From Thermodesulfobacteriota bacterium (GTDB lineage Bacteria > Desulfobacterota > Desulfobulbia > Desulfobulbales > SURF-16), in NCBI GenBank assembly GCA_039715015.1, contig JBDLIE010000038.1:1-24518 (forward strand): a DNA stretch of 24,518 bases, written 5' to 3'. Numbering within the stretch: position 1 is the first letter of the stretch; each line of letters opens with the position of its first letter. Positions 1-9,984 of this stretch are shown here, piece by piece. The notes under the pieces were generated by a model. That model saw nothing but the letters and a program-made list of their open reading frames with translations. It had not been told where the DNA came from and did not search any database. Made by a program: the position numbers and the translations under genes.

Positions 1-1
1 A

Positions 2-51
2 CTCTCTGCCGCGAACAGCCCAGCCGAACTGTGCTCTCCCGCGGCAGAGAG
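2..51. repeat. Perfect 12-bp GC-rich inverted repeat (stem-loop), probably in the leader of a leftward transcript
   Basis: ctctctgccgcg (2-13) is the exact reverse complement of cgcggcagagag (40-51), with a 26-nt loop. Confidence 0.8.
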
Positions 52-55
52 CGAC

Positions 56-84
56 AACCTAATGGAACACCACCACCTTGTCAA
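56..84 (-). promoter_or_regulatory. Sigma70-type promoter pointing off the left end (stable-RNA-promoter-like)
   Basis: Minus strand TTGACA (84-79), 17-nt spacer, TAGGTT (61-56). A GC-rich discriminator-like stretch follows and A-tracts lie upstream. Confidence 0.55.
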
Positions 85-621
85 AGGGTTTTTTGTGACT
101 TTCGTAAGCTTCTGATCTTATCTTGCTTGAGATACATCTTTTTTCACTCTTTCTTTTTCTTTTCTCCCCATAAATACTTAGTGTTACTACCTTGGTGGGG
201 TACATCTTTATTAATGATATATATAGTTCGGAACCGGACACCTAAACTCAAATAACCTGCAGAGCAGCAGGTTGGCAAAGTATACCCTTTATCGAACTAC
301 TTATTTTTTTATTATACCCCCTTTTCACGGTAACATCCTGTTTCTTAAAACATATCTGTTGCTACTCCCTTTATGCCCCTTATATATTCCTGTTGACGTA
401 GGAAGATTTACCAGTTTAAATAATGTGGTTTTGCCTGGCTACTTCCGCCTATTTTAGGCACGCTCATCAAAAAAGCCCTTAGGCCTCTGCCGGCAAGCCT
501 TTTTGAGTGATTGATACGATCAATTCCAGAGTTTATGATACCTTCTGGATCGGAATGCCCGGCATCTTTCACCGTTAACATTTAAGCTATCACGCACAAA
601 CTGATACAGACGGACATATAT

Positions 622-1734
622 ATGAAAGCATTAATCGCCCTGGAAGATGGGGCAATCTTCGAAGGTGAATCCTTTACCGGTTCCGGTGAGACAAGTGGAG
701 AGATCGTTTTCAACACTGGGATGAGCGGTTATCAGGAGGTTTTAACAGATCCTTCCTACAAGGGACAGATTGTTACCATGACCTATCCGTTAATAGGGAA
801 CTACGGAGTCAACCCTGAAGACAACGAATCAGAGGCTATTCAGCCCGAGGCTTTCATCGTTAAAGAGTATAACGCTATCCCCAGCAACTTCAGGTCAACC
901 GCCAACCTGGCTGACTTCCTTAAAGAGCAAAATATCCTTGGCATCCAAAACGTTGACACCAGAGCATTGACACGTCACATAAGAACTGCAGGCGCTCTCC
1001 GCGGTGTTATCTCCACTGAAGATCTTGATCCTGAATCCCTGGTTGCCAAGGCCAACAATTCCCCCGGCCTTGTTGGCCGTGACCTGGTCAAAGAGGTGAC
1101 CTGCAAAGAGCCTTATGGCTGGAAGGATAACGGCCCGGTACCGGGAAGCAATTTTTCCACAGCCGGGCCAGGAAAACACAAAATTGTCGCCTTTGATTTC
1201 GGCCTCAAATACAACCAGCTTCGCCTTCTGGCTGAACGTGACTGCTCAGTGCAAGTTGTGCCCGCCACCACCTCAGCTCAAGACGTCTTGGCCATGAACC
1301 CGGACGGTGTTTTTCTCTCAAACGGCCCTGGTGATCCTGCCGGTGTTGAGGGGGTTATTGATACGGTGCGAGAGCTTCTTCCCCAAAAACCCGTTTTTGG
1401 TATCTGCCTTGGTCATCAAATCCTTGGTCTGGCCTACGGAGGCACCACCTACAAGCTTAAATTCGGCCATCGCGGTTCCAACCAACCTGTGAAGGATCTC
1501 ATAACCGGCAAGGTTGAGGTGACATCCCAAAACCATGGTTTTTGTGTGGATCTCGAAAGTCTCAACAAGGATGAGGTGGAACTGACCCACGTCAATTTAA
1601 ATGATAACAGCCTTGAAGGTATGGCTCATAAAAAATTCAACTCTTTCAGTGTGCAGCATCACCCTGAGAATGCGCCCGGCCCCCACGACTCCATTTATCT
1701 CTTTGATCGTTTTATCGATTCATTAGCGGGATAA
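622..1734 (+). CDS. carA: Carbamoyl-phosphate synthase small (glutaminase) subunit
   Basis: GEIVFNTGMSGYQEVLTDPSY, LSNGPGDP, GICLGHQ (catalytic Cys), SQNHGF and HPE motifs; 370 aa; directly upstream of carB. Confidence 0.98.
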   Translation: MKALIALEDGAIFEGESFTGSGETSGEIVFNTGMSGYQEVLTDPSYKGQIVTMTYPLIGNYGVNPEDNESEAIQPEAFIVKEYNAIPSNFRSTANLADFLKEQNILGIQNVDTRALTRHIRTAGALRGVISTEDLDPESLVAKANNSPGLVGRDLVKEVTCKEPYGWKDNGPVPGSNFSTAGPGKHKIVAFDFGLKYNQLRLLAERDCSVQVVPATTSAQDVLAMNPDGVFLSNGPGDPAGVEGVIDTVRELLPQKPVFGICLGHQILGLAYGGTTYKLKFGHRGSNQPVKDLITGKVEVTSQNHGFCVDLESLNKDEVELTHVNLNDNSLEGMAHKKFNSFSVQHHPENAPGPHDSIYLFDRFIDSLAG

Positions 1735-1799
1735 ACGACAGACTGGCATCCATCATTACGAGCCCACATCGCATATAAATACTTACCAATATATATAAA

Positions 1800-4700
1800 A
1801 TGCCTAAACGTACCGACATACAAAAAATACTGATCATTGGCTCCGGGCCCATCATCATTTCCCAGGCCTGCGAGTTCGATTACTCCGGCACCCAGGCTGT
1901 CAAGGCTCTGAAGGAGGAGGGATACGAAGTCATCCTGATCAACTCCAATCCCGCCACCATCATGACGGATCCTGAGATTGCCGACCGTACCTATATAGAG
2001 CCGATCACCCCGGAATTTGTCGCCAAGATCATCAAAAAAGAACGCCCGGATGCCCTGCTTCCCACCCTGGGGGGGCAAACAGGTCTTAATACCGCCATTA
2101 AAGTGGCAGAGATGGGTGTTTTAGAAGAGTACGGCGTCGAGATGCTGGCCGCCGATGTCGATGTCATCAAAAAGGCGGAGGGCCGCGACTCCTTTCGAGA
2201 GGCCATGTATAAGATCGGCCTTAAGGTCCCTGAAAGCGCCATTGTTCACACCATTGATGAGGCCAAGGAAGCCAGTGAAGAAATAGGCTTTCCTATTATT
2301 GTCAGGCCGAGCTTTACCCTTGGTGGAACCGGCGGCGGCGTGGCCTACAACCGCCAGGAACTCGTCGAACTCTGTACTGCCGGCCTGGATCTCTCATTAA
2401 ACTCCGAGGTTATGCTGGAACGCAGCCTGCTTGGCTGGAAGGAGTATGAGCTTGAGGTTATGCGCGACAAGGCAGATAACGTTGTTATCATCTGCTCCAT
2501 TGAGAACATGGACGCCATGGGCGTCCATACTGGTGACTCCATTACCGTGGCACCGGCCCAGACCCTGACTGATCGCGAATATCAAGAGATGCGCGATGCT
2601 GCCATTGCTATCATCCGCGAGATGGGAGTAGAAACAGGTGGCTCCAATGTCCAGTTTGCCGTCAATCCTGAGGATGGCGAGCTGATGATCATTGAGATGA
2701 ACCCCAGGGTTTCTAGGAGTTCTGCCTTGGCCTCCAAGGCCACGGGCTTTCCTATTGCTAAGATCGCAGCCAAGCTGGCCGTCGGCTATACCCTTGATGA
2801 GATCCCTAACGATATCACCCAGAAAACATACGCCGCCTTTGAACCCACCATCGATTACTGTGTGGTAAAGATCCCGCGCTGGACCTTTGAAAAATTCCCA
2901 GAGACAAAGGACTTCCTCACCACGGCCATGAAGTCGGTGGGAGAGACCATGGCCATGGGACGTACTTTCAAAGAGGCCTTTCAGAAGGCCTTGCGCTCTC
3001 TGGAAATAGGCATCAGCGGCTTTGGCGCCCATAAAAAGTTTGAACTGGATGGCCGTGACCAGCGTGATCTTGACCTCAACCTGAAGACACCTCATTCCGA
3101 GCGTGTTTTCTGCCTCCACCAGGCCCTGACGCGGGGTATGTCCATTGAGAAAATCTATGAACTGACCGCCATTGATCCTTGGTACCTCCACAATCTTAAA
3201 CAGATTGTGGAGGTTGAAAAAGAGATTAGCCAAAAAGGCTTTTCTGGACTGACCGGCACATTCCTGCGCAAGGCCAAACAGTTCGGATTCTCAGATCCAC
3301 AGCTGGCCTACCTCACCGGCACTTCTGAGCAGGACATCTGGGAATTACGAGAGAAGGAATCCATCAAGCCCGTATTTAAACTGGTGGACACCTGTGCCGC
3401 AGAGTTTGAATCATACACCCCCTATTACTACTCAACCTATGAGGTTGAGGATGAGGCCACGCGCTCTGACAAGCGCAAGGTTCTTATTTTAGGGGGCGGC
3501 CCGAACCGTATCGGCCAAGGTATTGAATTTGATTATTGCTGCGTCCATGCCTCTTTTGCCCTTAAGGAAATGGGCATCGAATCGATTATGGTTAACTCTA
3601 ACCCGGAAACCGTTTCCACCGACTATGACACCTCGGACAAGCTCTACTTTGAGCCCCTGACCCGTGAAGATGTCCTCCATATTATTGACAAGGAAAAACC
3701 TGAAGGTGTCATTGTCCAGTTTGGCGGCCAGACCCCTCTCAATCTTGCTGTGCCGCTGGCCAAGATGAATGTCCCCATTCTCGGCACCCCCCCTGATGCC
3801 ATCGACCGGGCCGAAGACCGGGAACGTTTCCAGCAATTTCTCCAGAAACTCGGACTTACCCAACCGGCCAACGACACGGCGCGTACCCCGGATCAGGCCC
3901 TGCAGATTGCCGCAGACATCGGCTACCCGGTTGTGGTGCGTCCGTCCTACGTCTTGGGCGGTCGGGCCATGCGCATTGTGTATAATGAAAATGAGCTCAA
4001 AAAATATATGATTGAGGCGGTGCAGGCTTCCGCCGACCACCCCATCCTTATCGACAAATTCCTGAAGGATGCCATTGAGATTGATGTGGACGCCATTTCA
4101 GACGGTGAGACCACTGTGATCGGCGGTATTATGCAGCATATTGAAGAGGCAGGTATCCATTCCGGCGATTCTGCCTGCGTTCTGCCGGCCCATGGTCTCA
4201 GTGATGAGATGATTGAAGAAATAAAGAACGCCACCCGGGCTATGGCCGGGGAGCTTGGCGTTATCGGGTTGATGAATGTTCAGTATGCAGTCAAGGATGA
4301 AACCCTCTATATTATTGAGGTAAATCCTAGAGCCTCCCGTACCGCCCCGTTTGTTTCCAAGGCCACCGGTGTTGAGCTGGCAAAATTGGCCACCAAGGTT
4401 ATGGCCGGTGCTAAACTTAAGGATCTAGGCTTGACCACTGAGGTCACGGTCAACCATTACGCTGTTAAAGAGGCTGTCTTTCCCTTTGACCGCTTTGAAA
4501 ATGTGGACACTCTGCTGGGGCCTGAGATGAAATCAACCGGCGAGGTCATGGGGCTTGATGATTCGCTGGGTCTCGCCTTTGCCAAGTCGCAGCTCGCTGC
4601 TGGCCAGCCCATCCCGGAAAATGGGACCATTCTTATCTCCGTACGCGACAATGACAAGGTCGCCATTTTGCCGGTGGCCAAAGAACTTGCTGAACTTGGT

Positions 4701-5021
4701 TTCAATATTATCGGAACAAAGGGGACGGCCAAGTTTCTCCATGATTATGGCGTTGAATGCGAGAGAGTCTACAAAATCTCAGAGGGCCGCCCTCATATTT
4801 TAGATAAAATACATGATCATGGTATCCAATGGATTATCAACACCTCCTTAGGCACCAGGACCACAGAAGACTCATTCAGTATCCGTAGAGGAGCCCTTGA
4901 CCACCACCTGCCCTACACCACGACCATTGCCGGTGCGGTTTCCATGGCTAAGGCCATTGCCACTCTCAAGACACAGGATCTGGAGGTCAAATCTGTCCAG
5001 GAGTATTTCTCTAACAATTAA
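1800..5021 (+). CDS. carB: Carbamoyl-phosphate synthase large subunit
   Basis: MPKRTDI N-terminus, [19 protein letters not shown], two ATP-grasp halves (GVHTGDS / [17 protein letters not shown] / EVNPRASRT), [11 protein letters not shown]-terminal MGS domain; 1073 aa. Confidence 0.99.
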   Translation: MPKRTDIQKILIIGSGPIIISQACEFDYSGTQAVKALKEEGYEVILINSNPATIMTDPEIADRTYIEPITPEFVAKIIKKERPDALLPTLGGQTGLNTAIKVAEMGVLEEYGVEMLAADVDVIKKAEGRDSFREAMYKIGLKVPESAIVHTIDEAKEASEEIGFPIIVRPSFTLGGTGGGVAYNRQELVELCTAGLDLSLNSEVMLERSLLGWKEYELEVMRDKADNVVIICSIENMDAMGVHTGDSITVAPAQTLTDREYQEMRDAAIAIIREMGVETGGSNVQFAVNPEDGELMIIEMNPRVSRSSALASKATGFPIAKIAAKLAVGYTLDEIPNDITQKTYAAFEPTIDYCVVKIPRWTFEKFPETKDFLTTAMKSVGETMAMGRTFKEAFQKALRSLEIGISGFGAHKKFELDGRDQRDLDLNLKTPHSERVFCLHQALTRGMSIEKIYELTAIDPWYLHNLKQIVEVEKEISQKGFSGLTGTFLRKAKQFGFSDPQLAYLTGTSEQDIWELREKESIKPVFKLVDTCAAEFESYTPYYYSTYEVEDEATRSDKRKVLILGGGPNRIGQGIEFDYCCVHASFALKEMGIESIMVNSNPETVSTDYDTSDKLYFEPLTREDVLHIIDKEKPEGVIVQFGGQTPLNLAVPLAKMNVPILGTPPDAIDRAEDRERFQQFLQKLGLTQPANDTARTPDQALQIAADIGYPVVVRPSYVLGGRAMRIVYNENELKKYMIEAVQASADHPILIDKFLKDAIEIDVDAISDGETTVIGGIMQHIEEAGIHSGDSACVLPAHGLSDEMIEEIKNATRAMAGELGVIGLMNVQYAVKDETLYIIEVNPRASRTAPFVSKATGVELAKLATKVMAGAKLKDLGLTTEVTVNHYAVKEAVFPFDRFENVDTLLGPEMKSTGEVMGLDDSLGLAFAKSQLAAGQPIPENGTILISVRDNDKVAILPVAKELAELGFNIIGTKGTAKFLHDYGVECERVYKISEGRPHILDKIHDHGIQWIINTSLGTRTTEDSFSIRRGALDHHLPYTTTIAGAVSMAKAIATLKTQDLEVKSVQEYFSNN

Positions 5022-5067
5022 GGAGAGATCCTGGCTATCTTCTGCCCCGAAATTACTTGGAAATAAA

Positions 5068-5096
5068 TTGCAATCTCCAGGCAGGATGATTACTTT
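5068..5096 (+). promoter_or_regulatory. Candidate sigma70 promoter for ftsH
   Basis: TTGCAA (5068-5073), 17 nt, TACTTT (5091-5096) in the carB-ftsH gap. Confidence 0.35.
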
Positions 5097-5152
5097 CGTT
5101 ATTCACCAAATGATTAAACCCTTTTTTGGCAACCCATTCTAAGGAGCCTTCG

Positions 5153-7093
5153 TTGAATAATTTTTACAAAAATATTTCCATGTGGCTGATCATCGGCCTG
5201 GCCATGGTACTCCTTTTTCAGATGTTTAATAATCCCCAGCAAGGTCAAGAGACATTAAGTTACTCCGACTTTCTGGCCCGGGTAGAATCTGGCTCTATCA
5301 GCCAGGTTACCGTCCAGGGTGACGAGATTACCGGCAACACGGGTGGCAAGAACTTTAAGACCATCTCCCCCATTACCGACCTTGAACTCTGGTCCATACT
5401 TCGCAAATCCGGTGTTGAGGTGAGCGTCAAACAGGTGGAGAAGCCACCTTGGTATGTCACCATTCTAGCCAACTGGTTTCCCATGCTGCTTTTGATCGGT
5501 GTTTGGATCTTCTTTATGCGCCAGATGCAGATGGGCGGCGGCAAGGCCATGAGTTTTGGCAAGAGCCGCCACCGTCTCCAAGAGGGTGAGGACACCCATG
5601 TCACCTTTAAAGATGTGGCAGGTATTGAGGAGGCCAAGGAAGAGCTCGCCGAGATAATTGACTTTCTGAGAGAACCTCAGAAATTCACCAAATTGGGAGC
5701 CCGTATTCCCACCGGCGTCCTGCTTGCAGGCCCTCCAGGTACTGGTAAGACCTTGCTTGCCAGGGCCATTGCCGGTGAGGCCCAGGTCCCCTTCTTTTCC
5801 ATCTCTGGTTCTGATTTTGTTGAGATGTTTGTCGGTGTCGGTGCCTCCCGTGTCCGTGACCTTTTCAATCAAGGCAAGAAAAATGCCCCCTGTATTATCT
5901 TCATCGATGAAATCGATGCCGTGGGGCGTCATCGCGGCGCCGGCTTAGGTGGTGGCCACGATGAGAGGGAGCAAACCTTGAACCAACTCCTCGTTGAGAT
6001 GGATGGCTTTGAGGAAAATGAAGGTGTAATCATCGTTGCGGCCACCAACCGCCCAGATGTTCTCGACCCGGCTCTGCTCCGTCCCGGCCGTTTTGACCGT
6101 CAGGTCATGGTCCCCATCCCTGATGTGGGCGGCAGGGAAATGATCCTCAAGGTCCATGCCAAGAAACTTCCCTTGGCGGCCGATGTTGACTGGAAGGTCA
6201 TTGCCCGTGGCACACCTGGTTTTTCCGGTGCAGACCTGGAAAATCTCGTGAACGAGGCTGCCCTACTAGCGGCCCGGACCAATGAAAAAGCCGTTACCAT
6301 GGCCGATATGGAAGAGGCCAAGGACAAGGTGATGATGGGCGCTGAACGTAAGAGCATGATCATTACCGTCAAAGAAAAGGAGATCACGGCCTATCATGAG
6401 GCCGGCCATGCCCTTATTGCCAGACTCTTGCCCGGCACAGACCCTGTCCACAAGGTGACGATTATCCCCAGAGGACGTGCTCTTGGTCTTACCATGCAGC
6501 TCCCCACTGAGGAAAAATACAGCCATTCCAAGAGCTTTCTGCTCAACACTATCTGTATTCTCCTCGGCGGCCGGGTTGCTGAAGAACTTATTTTTGAAGA
6601 AACAACCACCGGCTCTGGAAATGACATTGAACGTGCAACTGCCCTGGCCAGAAAGATGGTCTGCGAGTGGGGAATGAGCAAAGAAATGGGTCCTCTCTCC
6701 TTTGGCAAGAAGGAAGAGCAAATCTTTCTCGGCCGTGAGATTTCCCAACATCGCGATTACAGCGAATCAACAGCAATCCAGATTGACACCGAAGTCAAGA
6801 ATATGATTCTTGAGGCCAACGACAAGGTGTTTGCCCTGCTGAGGGAGCATATGTCCGCCTTAAAAGAGATGTCGGAACTTCTTCTTGAGAGAGAGACCAT
6901 CACCTCGGAGGACATCAACGTCATTCTCGAAAAACATGGCATAGCCTTTGAGAAACCGGCTGCAGCAAAGGACGAACCCAAGGTTTCACCTTCTCCTGAA
7001 GTTGCTGCTTCAGCCCCTCAAAATGAAACGGAAAGTGCCAGTGCTCCTGCTGAAGAGGAAGTGGCAGAACCGCCTGCCCAAGACAACGAGTAG
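5153..7093 (+). CDS. ftsH: ATP-dependent zinc metalloprotease FtsH
   Basis: Two N-terminal TM segments, Walker A GPPGTGKT, Walker [37 protein letters not shown] zinc motif. Start moved to TTG 5153 because AAGGAG (5141-5146) lies 6 nt upstream. Confidence 0.98.
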   Translation: MNNFYKNISMWLIIGLAMVLLFQMFNNPQQGQETLSYSDFLARVESGSISQVTVQGDEITGNTGGKNFKTISPITDLELWSILRKSGVEVSVKQVEKPPWYVTILANWFPMLLLIGVWIFFMRQMQMGGGKAMSFGKSRHRLQEGEDTHVTFKDVAGIEEAKEELAEIIDFLREPQKFTKLGARIPTGVLLAGPPGTGKTLLARAIAGEAQVPFFSISGSDFVEMFVGVGASRVRDLFNQGKKNAPCIIFIDEIDAVGRHRGAGLGGGHDEREQTLNQLLVEMDGFEENEGVIIVAATNRPDVLDPALLRPGRFDRQVMVPIPDVGGREMILKVHAKKLPLAADVDWKVIARGTPGFSGADLENLVNEAALLAARTNEKAVTMADMEEAKDKVMMGAERKSMIITVKEKEITAYHEAGHALIARLLPGTDPVHKVTIIPRGRALGLTMQLPTEEKYSHSKSFLLNTICILLGGRVAEELIFEETTTGSGNDIERATALARKMVCEWGMSKEMGPLSFGKKEEQIFLGREISQHRDYSESTAIQIDTEVKNMILEANDKVFALLREHMSALKEMSELLLERETITSEDINVILEKHGIAFEKPAAAKDEPKVSPSPEVAASAPQNETESASAPAEEEVAEPPAQDNE

Positions 7094-7105
7094 ACGAGAG
7101 GCGGC

Positions 7106-7945
7106 GTGAAAATCATCACCCCGCACCATACCCTGGATCTCAATGCCAGGGTTCATGTCATGGGTATTCTTAATGTCACCCCTGACTCCTTTTCAGACGG
7201 TGGTATCCTCGACACTGAGGATAAACTGTTTACCCAGGTTTCCACCATGGTGGAGGCCGGGGTGGACATTCTCGACATCGGTGGCGAATCTACCCGGCCT
7301 GGAGCTGCCCCTGTTTCACTGCAGGAAGAGATAGACCGGGTCATTCCTGCCATTGACAAAATCCGCCGCAATTTTTCCACCCCCATTTCAGTTGACACCA
7401 ACAAGGCTGAGGTCGCCCGTCTAGCCCTTGACACCGGTGCTGATATTATTAACGACATCAGTGCGTTACGTTTTGACCCTGCCATGCTGCCCCTGGCTGT
7501 GGAAAAAGATGTTCCGGTCATTATCATGCACATGCAAGGCAGGCCCGGCACCATGCAGCAAAATCCCTATTACGATAATGTGGTGGAGGATATTAAGGCT
7601 GAGCTTTGCCAGTGGCTGGAGAACGCCGAAGCACAGGGCCTCAGTCGCAAAAAAATTATCATAGATCCAGGTATTGGCTTTGGCAAAACCCTGGAGCATA
7701 ATCTTTCTATCTTAAAGCATATTTCTTCCTTCACCGAGCTCGGCTGCCCCGTGCTTATTGGCCACTCCCGTAAACGTTTTATCGGTGTTATCCTTGATGA
7801 AAAGGAGGCTGACAAACGTGATGTGGGCACGGCAGTCATTTCCGCTCTCTGTGCCCGTTCTGGCGCCGCCCTTCTTCGTGTTCACGATGTTGTAAAGACT
7901 ATCCAGGCAGTTAAACTTGCCCAAGCTATAGAATCCGCTGTATAA
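7106..7945 (+). CDS. folP: Dihydropteroate synthase
   Basis: MGILNVTPDSFSDGG, DIGGESTRPG, DPGIGFGK, SRKRF and RVHDV motifs; GTG start with GAGG upstream; canonical ftsH-folP order. Confidence 0.98.
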   Translation: MKIITPHHTLDLNARVHVMGILNVTPDSFSDGGILDTEDKLFTQVSTMVEAGVDILDIGGESTRPGAAPVSLQEEIDRVIPAIDKIRRNFSTPISVDTNKAEVARLALDTGADIINDISALRFDPAMLPLAVEKDVPVIIMHMQGRPGTMQQNPYYDNVVEDIKAELCQWLENAEAQGLSRKKIIIDPGIGFGKTLEHNLSILKHISSFTELGCPVLIGHSRKRFIGVILDEKEADKRDVGTAVISALCARSGAALLRVHDVVKTIQAVKLAQAIESAV

Positions 7946-8034
7946 TTTTTATTTGAAAGATTCAGACTGGTGGATACCTTCTCGCCACTAGAAAATATTT
8001 TCAGATAATCTTTGGACGGCCGGCTGCTCCTTCA

Positions 8035-9978
8035 TTGAAAGATAAAATAAAGCGATATCAGCGCTATAACCGTAGCAGGAAGATTCGGGCGATTAATTTC
8101 AACTCCCAGTCTTCCACCCTGTTTTTTAAGGTTATTCCCTTCTTGCTCCACTGCAATTATCCTGACCTGCCCGGTTTCATTGATGATGAAGATTGCCAAT
8201 TTGGGATCTACCGCTTTCTGCCTGATAAATTTGTCGATGCCAATCTTTTCCGCCGCTACTTCCCTGAATCGACAGCGCTCAGCGTCAAGACCCCTTCACC
8301 ATACGGCCAGAGCCCTCATATCCACTCGCTAAAAACCATTGGCAGCATTGGCACCGTGGCCCAAGCCGCAAAATCAGATTGTGATTACTGGGTTTCTGTC
8401 CGCTATGAAGAGCTAGGGAAAAAAGGCCTGGATCTCCTTGATGAAAAATGCCGGCTCATTGCCAAGTGGGCCGAAAAATACGGTCTTGAGGTCTACTTCT
8501 TCCTGATGGACATAGATCAGACCAGGATGAATAAGTTTGATTCAAGCGCTGAAGAGGAGTCTGCGGGCTCAGCGCTTAAACTCCTTCTCAAAGATGAGCT
8601 TTTCCGTACCCATATTCTGGTGGCGGGCAAGATGCTCCTCTGGTGGCTTATCCCCCCCGGTCTCAGCCATGATGAGTATCGTAACCGTGTCCAACAATTT
8701 ATAGATAGCGGTGTCAATATGGAAAACTATATTGACCTTGGTTACCTTTCTGACATCCCTAAATCTGAAATTTTCGGGGCCTGCCTCTGGCAGCTCAACA
8801 AGGCCTTAGACAGTCCCTTTAAGTCGGTAATCAAATTCGCCTATCTCGAACTTCTCCTTCTTAACAAGGCCGAGACTTTACCTCTTTTTTCCTCAAAAAT
8901 TTTATGCATGGTTACCTTCCCTGAACTCTTACCCGATGGAGAGCAACGCCTCGACATAACAGCCATCGACCCCTATCTTCTTCTTGCCAAGGATATTGTC
9001 GCTTTTTATCAAAAATCATCCGCCGTCCACAAGGATGACAATCTCATACGCGAATGCCTTTTCTTAAAAACCCTGGAAGGCATGAAGTCTCAGAAGAGGA
9101 GTAAGCATCTCAAGCAGACCATGGATCTTATGAAAAAATGGGATCTGCTTCCGCAATTAATGTCGAAATTTCTCCATATCAGGAACTGGCGTTATAATGA
9201 TCTGCTGGCCTCCGGAAGTGATGTCCACAACTACCTGCTTTCCACCTACAAGCGACTTCGTCTTCTTTTTTCCACTGTTGAAAACGGCGCCGAACATACC
9301 ATTACCCAGCGCGACCTCTCTATTCTGGGTCGCAAACTCTTTACTTTCTACGAAAATAAACCGCATAAGATTGAATACATCAAAAGCCTGTCTCGGGATA
9401 TTATGTGCCAGAAGGCAATCACCTTCCACATCACCAGATATAAAGGTCAGGTGTATTTCTATGCCTTTCAGGGTGAACAGTCCCCAGACTCGATAAAGGA
9501 CAATATTGAACTGCAGATCAGAAGGGGAACAAACCTCGTAACCCTTGTTGCCTGGCTTGCCGTTAACGGTATTCTTCAGAAGACAACGGAAATTTACCTG
9601 ACCAAGAACTTCCTGCAGCTTAACCTGATCGAAATTCGAGCAGTGGCAGAAAAAATCTTTGCAAACTTCCCACTTATTACTTTTTCGAAGATACCAACAA
9701 AAGAACTTCTGAAGAAAGAGTCCACCATTCGGGCGCTTGCGGTGATTAATTTCCACAAACTGCCGGTGCGGGGAGAAAAAGAGCTTCACTCGTCAATTAT
9801 TAGCCTTAACAATTATGGTGAACATTTTATTCACCACTATACCACCCTGACCCAGCTGAAAAATGAATTCAGACAGTTGTTGACCAAACATTACGTCAGC
9901 CGCTGGAACGACAATCTGGAGATCTTTATCCCCCAGCAACCAGAGCAATATTACATTGAAGAGATGATCAAAAATTAA
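8035..9978 (+). CDS. cyaA: Class I adenylate cyclase (CyaA family), 647 aa
   Basis: GSIGTVAQAAKSDCDYWV (Pol-beta-type GS...DxD), LLKDELFRT, GACLWQLNKALDSPFKSVIK, IDPY, LIRECLFLK and DLSILGRKLF match class I AC blocks as I recall them from E. coli CyaA. The TTG start puts DxD at 115/117, close to E. coli D114/D116. Confidence 0.88.
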   Translation: MKDKIKRYQRYNRSRKIRAINFNSQSSTLFFKVIPFLLHCNYPDLPGFIDDEDCQFGIYRFLPDKFVDANLFRRYFPESTALSVKTPSPYGQSPHIHSLKTIGSIGTVAQAAKSDCDYWVSVRYEELGKKGLDLLDEKCRLIAKWAEKYGLEVYFFLMDIDQTRMNKFDSSAEEESAGSALKLLLKDELFRTHILVAGKMLLWWLIPPGLSHDEYRNRVQQFIDSGVNMENYIDLGYLSDIPKSEIFGACLWQLNKALDSPFKSVIKFAYLELLLLNKAETLPLFSSKILCMVTFPELLPDGEQRLDITAIDPYLLLAKDIVAFYQKSSAVHKDDNLIRECLFLKTLEGMKSQKRSKHLKQTMDLMKKWDLLPQLMSKFLHIRNWRYNDLLASGSDVHNYLLSTYKRLRLLFSTVENGAEHTITQRDLSILGRKLFTFYENKPHKIEYIKSLSRDIMCQKAITFHITRYKGQVYFYAFQGEQSPDSIKDNIELQIRRGTNLVTLVAWLAVNGILQKTTEIYLTKNFLQLNLIEIRAVAEKIFANFPLITFSKIPTKELLKKESTIRALAVINFHKLPVRGEKELHSSIISLNNYGEHFIHHYTTLTQLKNEFRQLLTKHYVSRWNDNLEIFIPQQPEQYYIEEMIKN

Positions 9979-9984
9979 AACGCC

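Noticed and set aside
393..421. TTGACG as the -35 of a carA promoter
   Set aside because: No convincing -10 hexamer at 16-18 nt spacing.
31..457. Three 60-74 aa ORFs in the left intergenic region
   Set aside because: AT-rich promoter-type DNA giving low-complexity F/L/I/K translations with no SD or motifs.
447..549. Weak hairpins upstream of carA as a PyrR attenuator or riboswitch
   Set aside because: Only short imperfect stems. TCCAGAG (525-531) lacks the AGUCCAGAGAGG PyrR loop context, and there is no terminator/antiterminator pair. An Rfam scan would be decisive.
2397..4040. Antisense ORFs of 278 and 183 aa within carB, and similar short ORFs inside ftsH, folP, cyaA, tyrS and rny
   Set aside because: Fully nested in well-supported genes, with no domain signatures or ribosome-binding sites.
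6950..7093. Ala/Pro/Glu-rich C-terminal tail of FtsH
   Set aside because: Low-complexity tails are common on FtsH; no repeat or domain evident.
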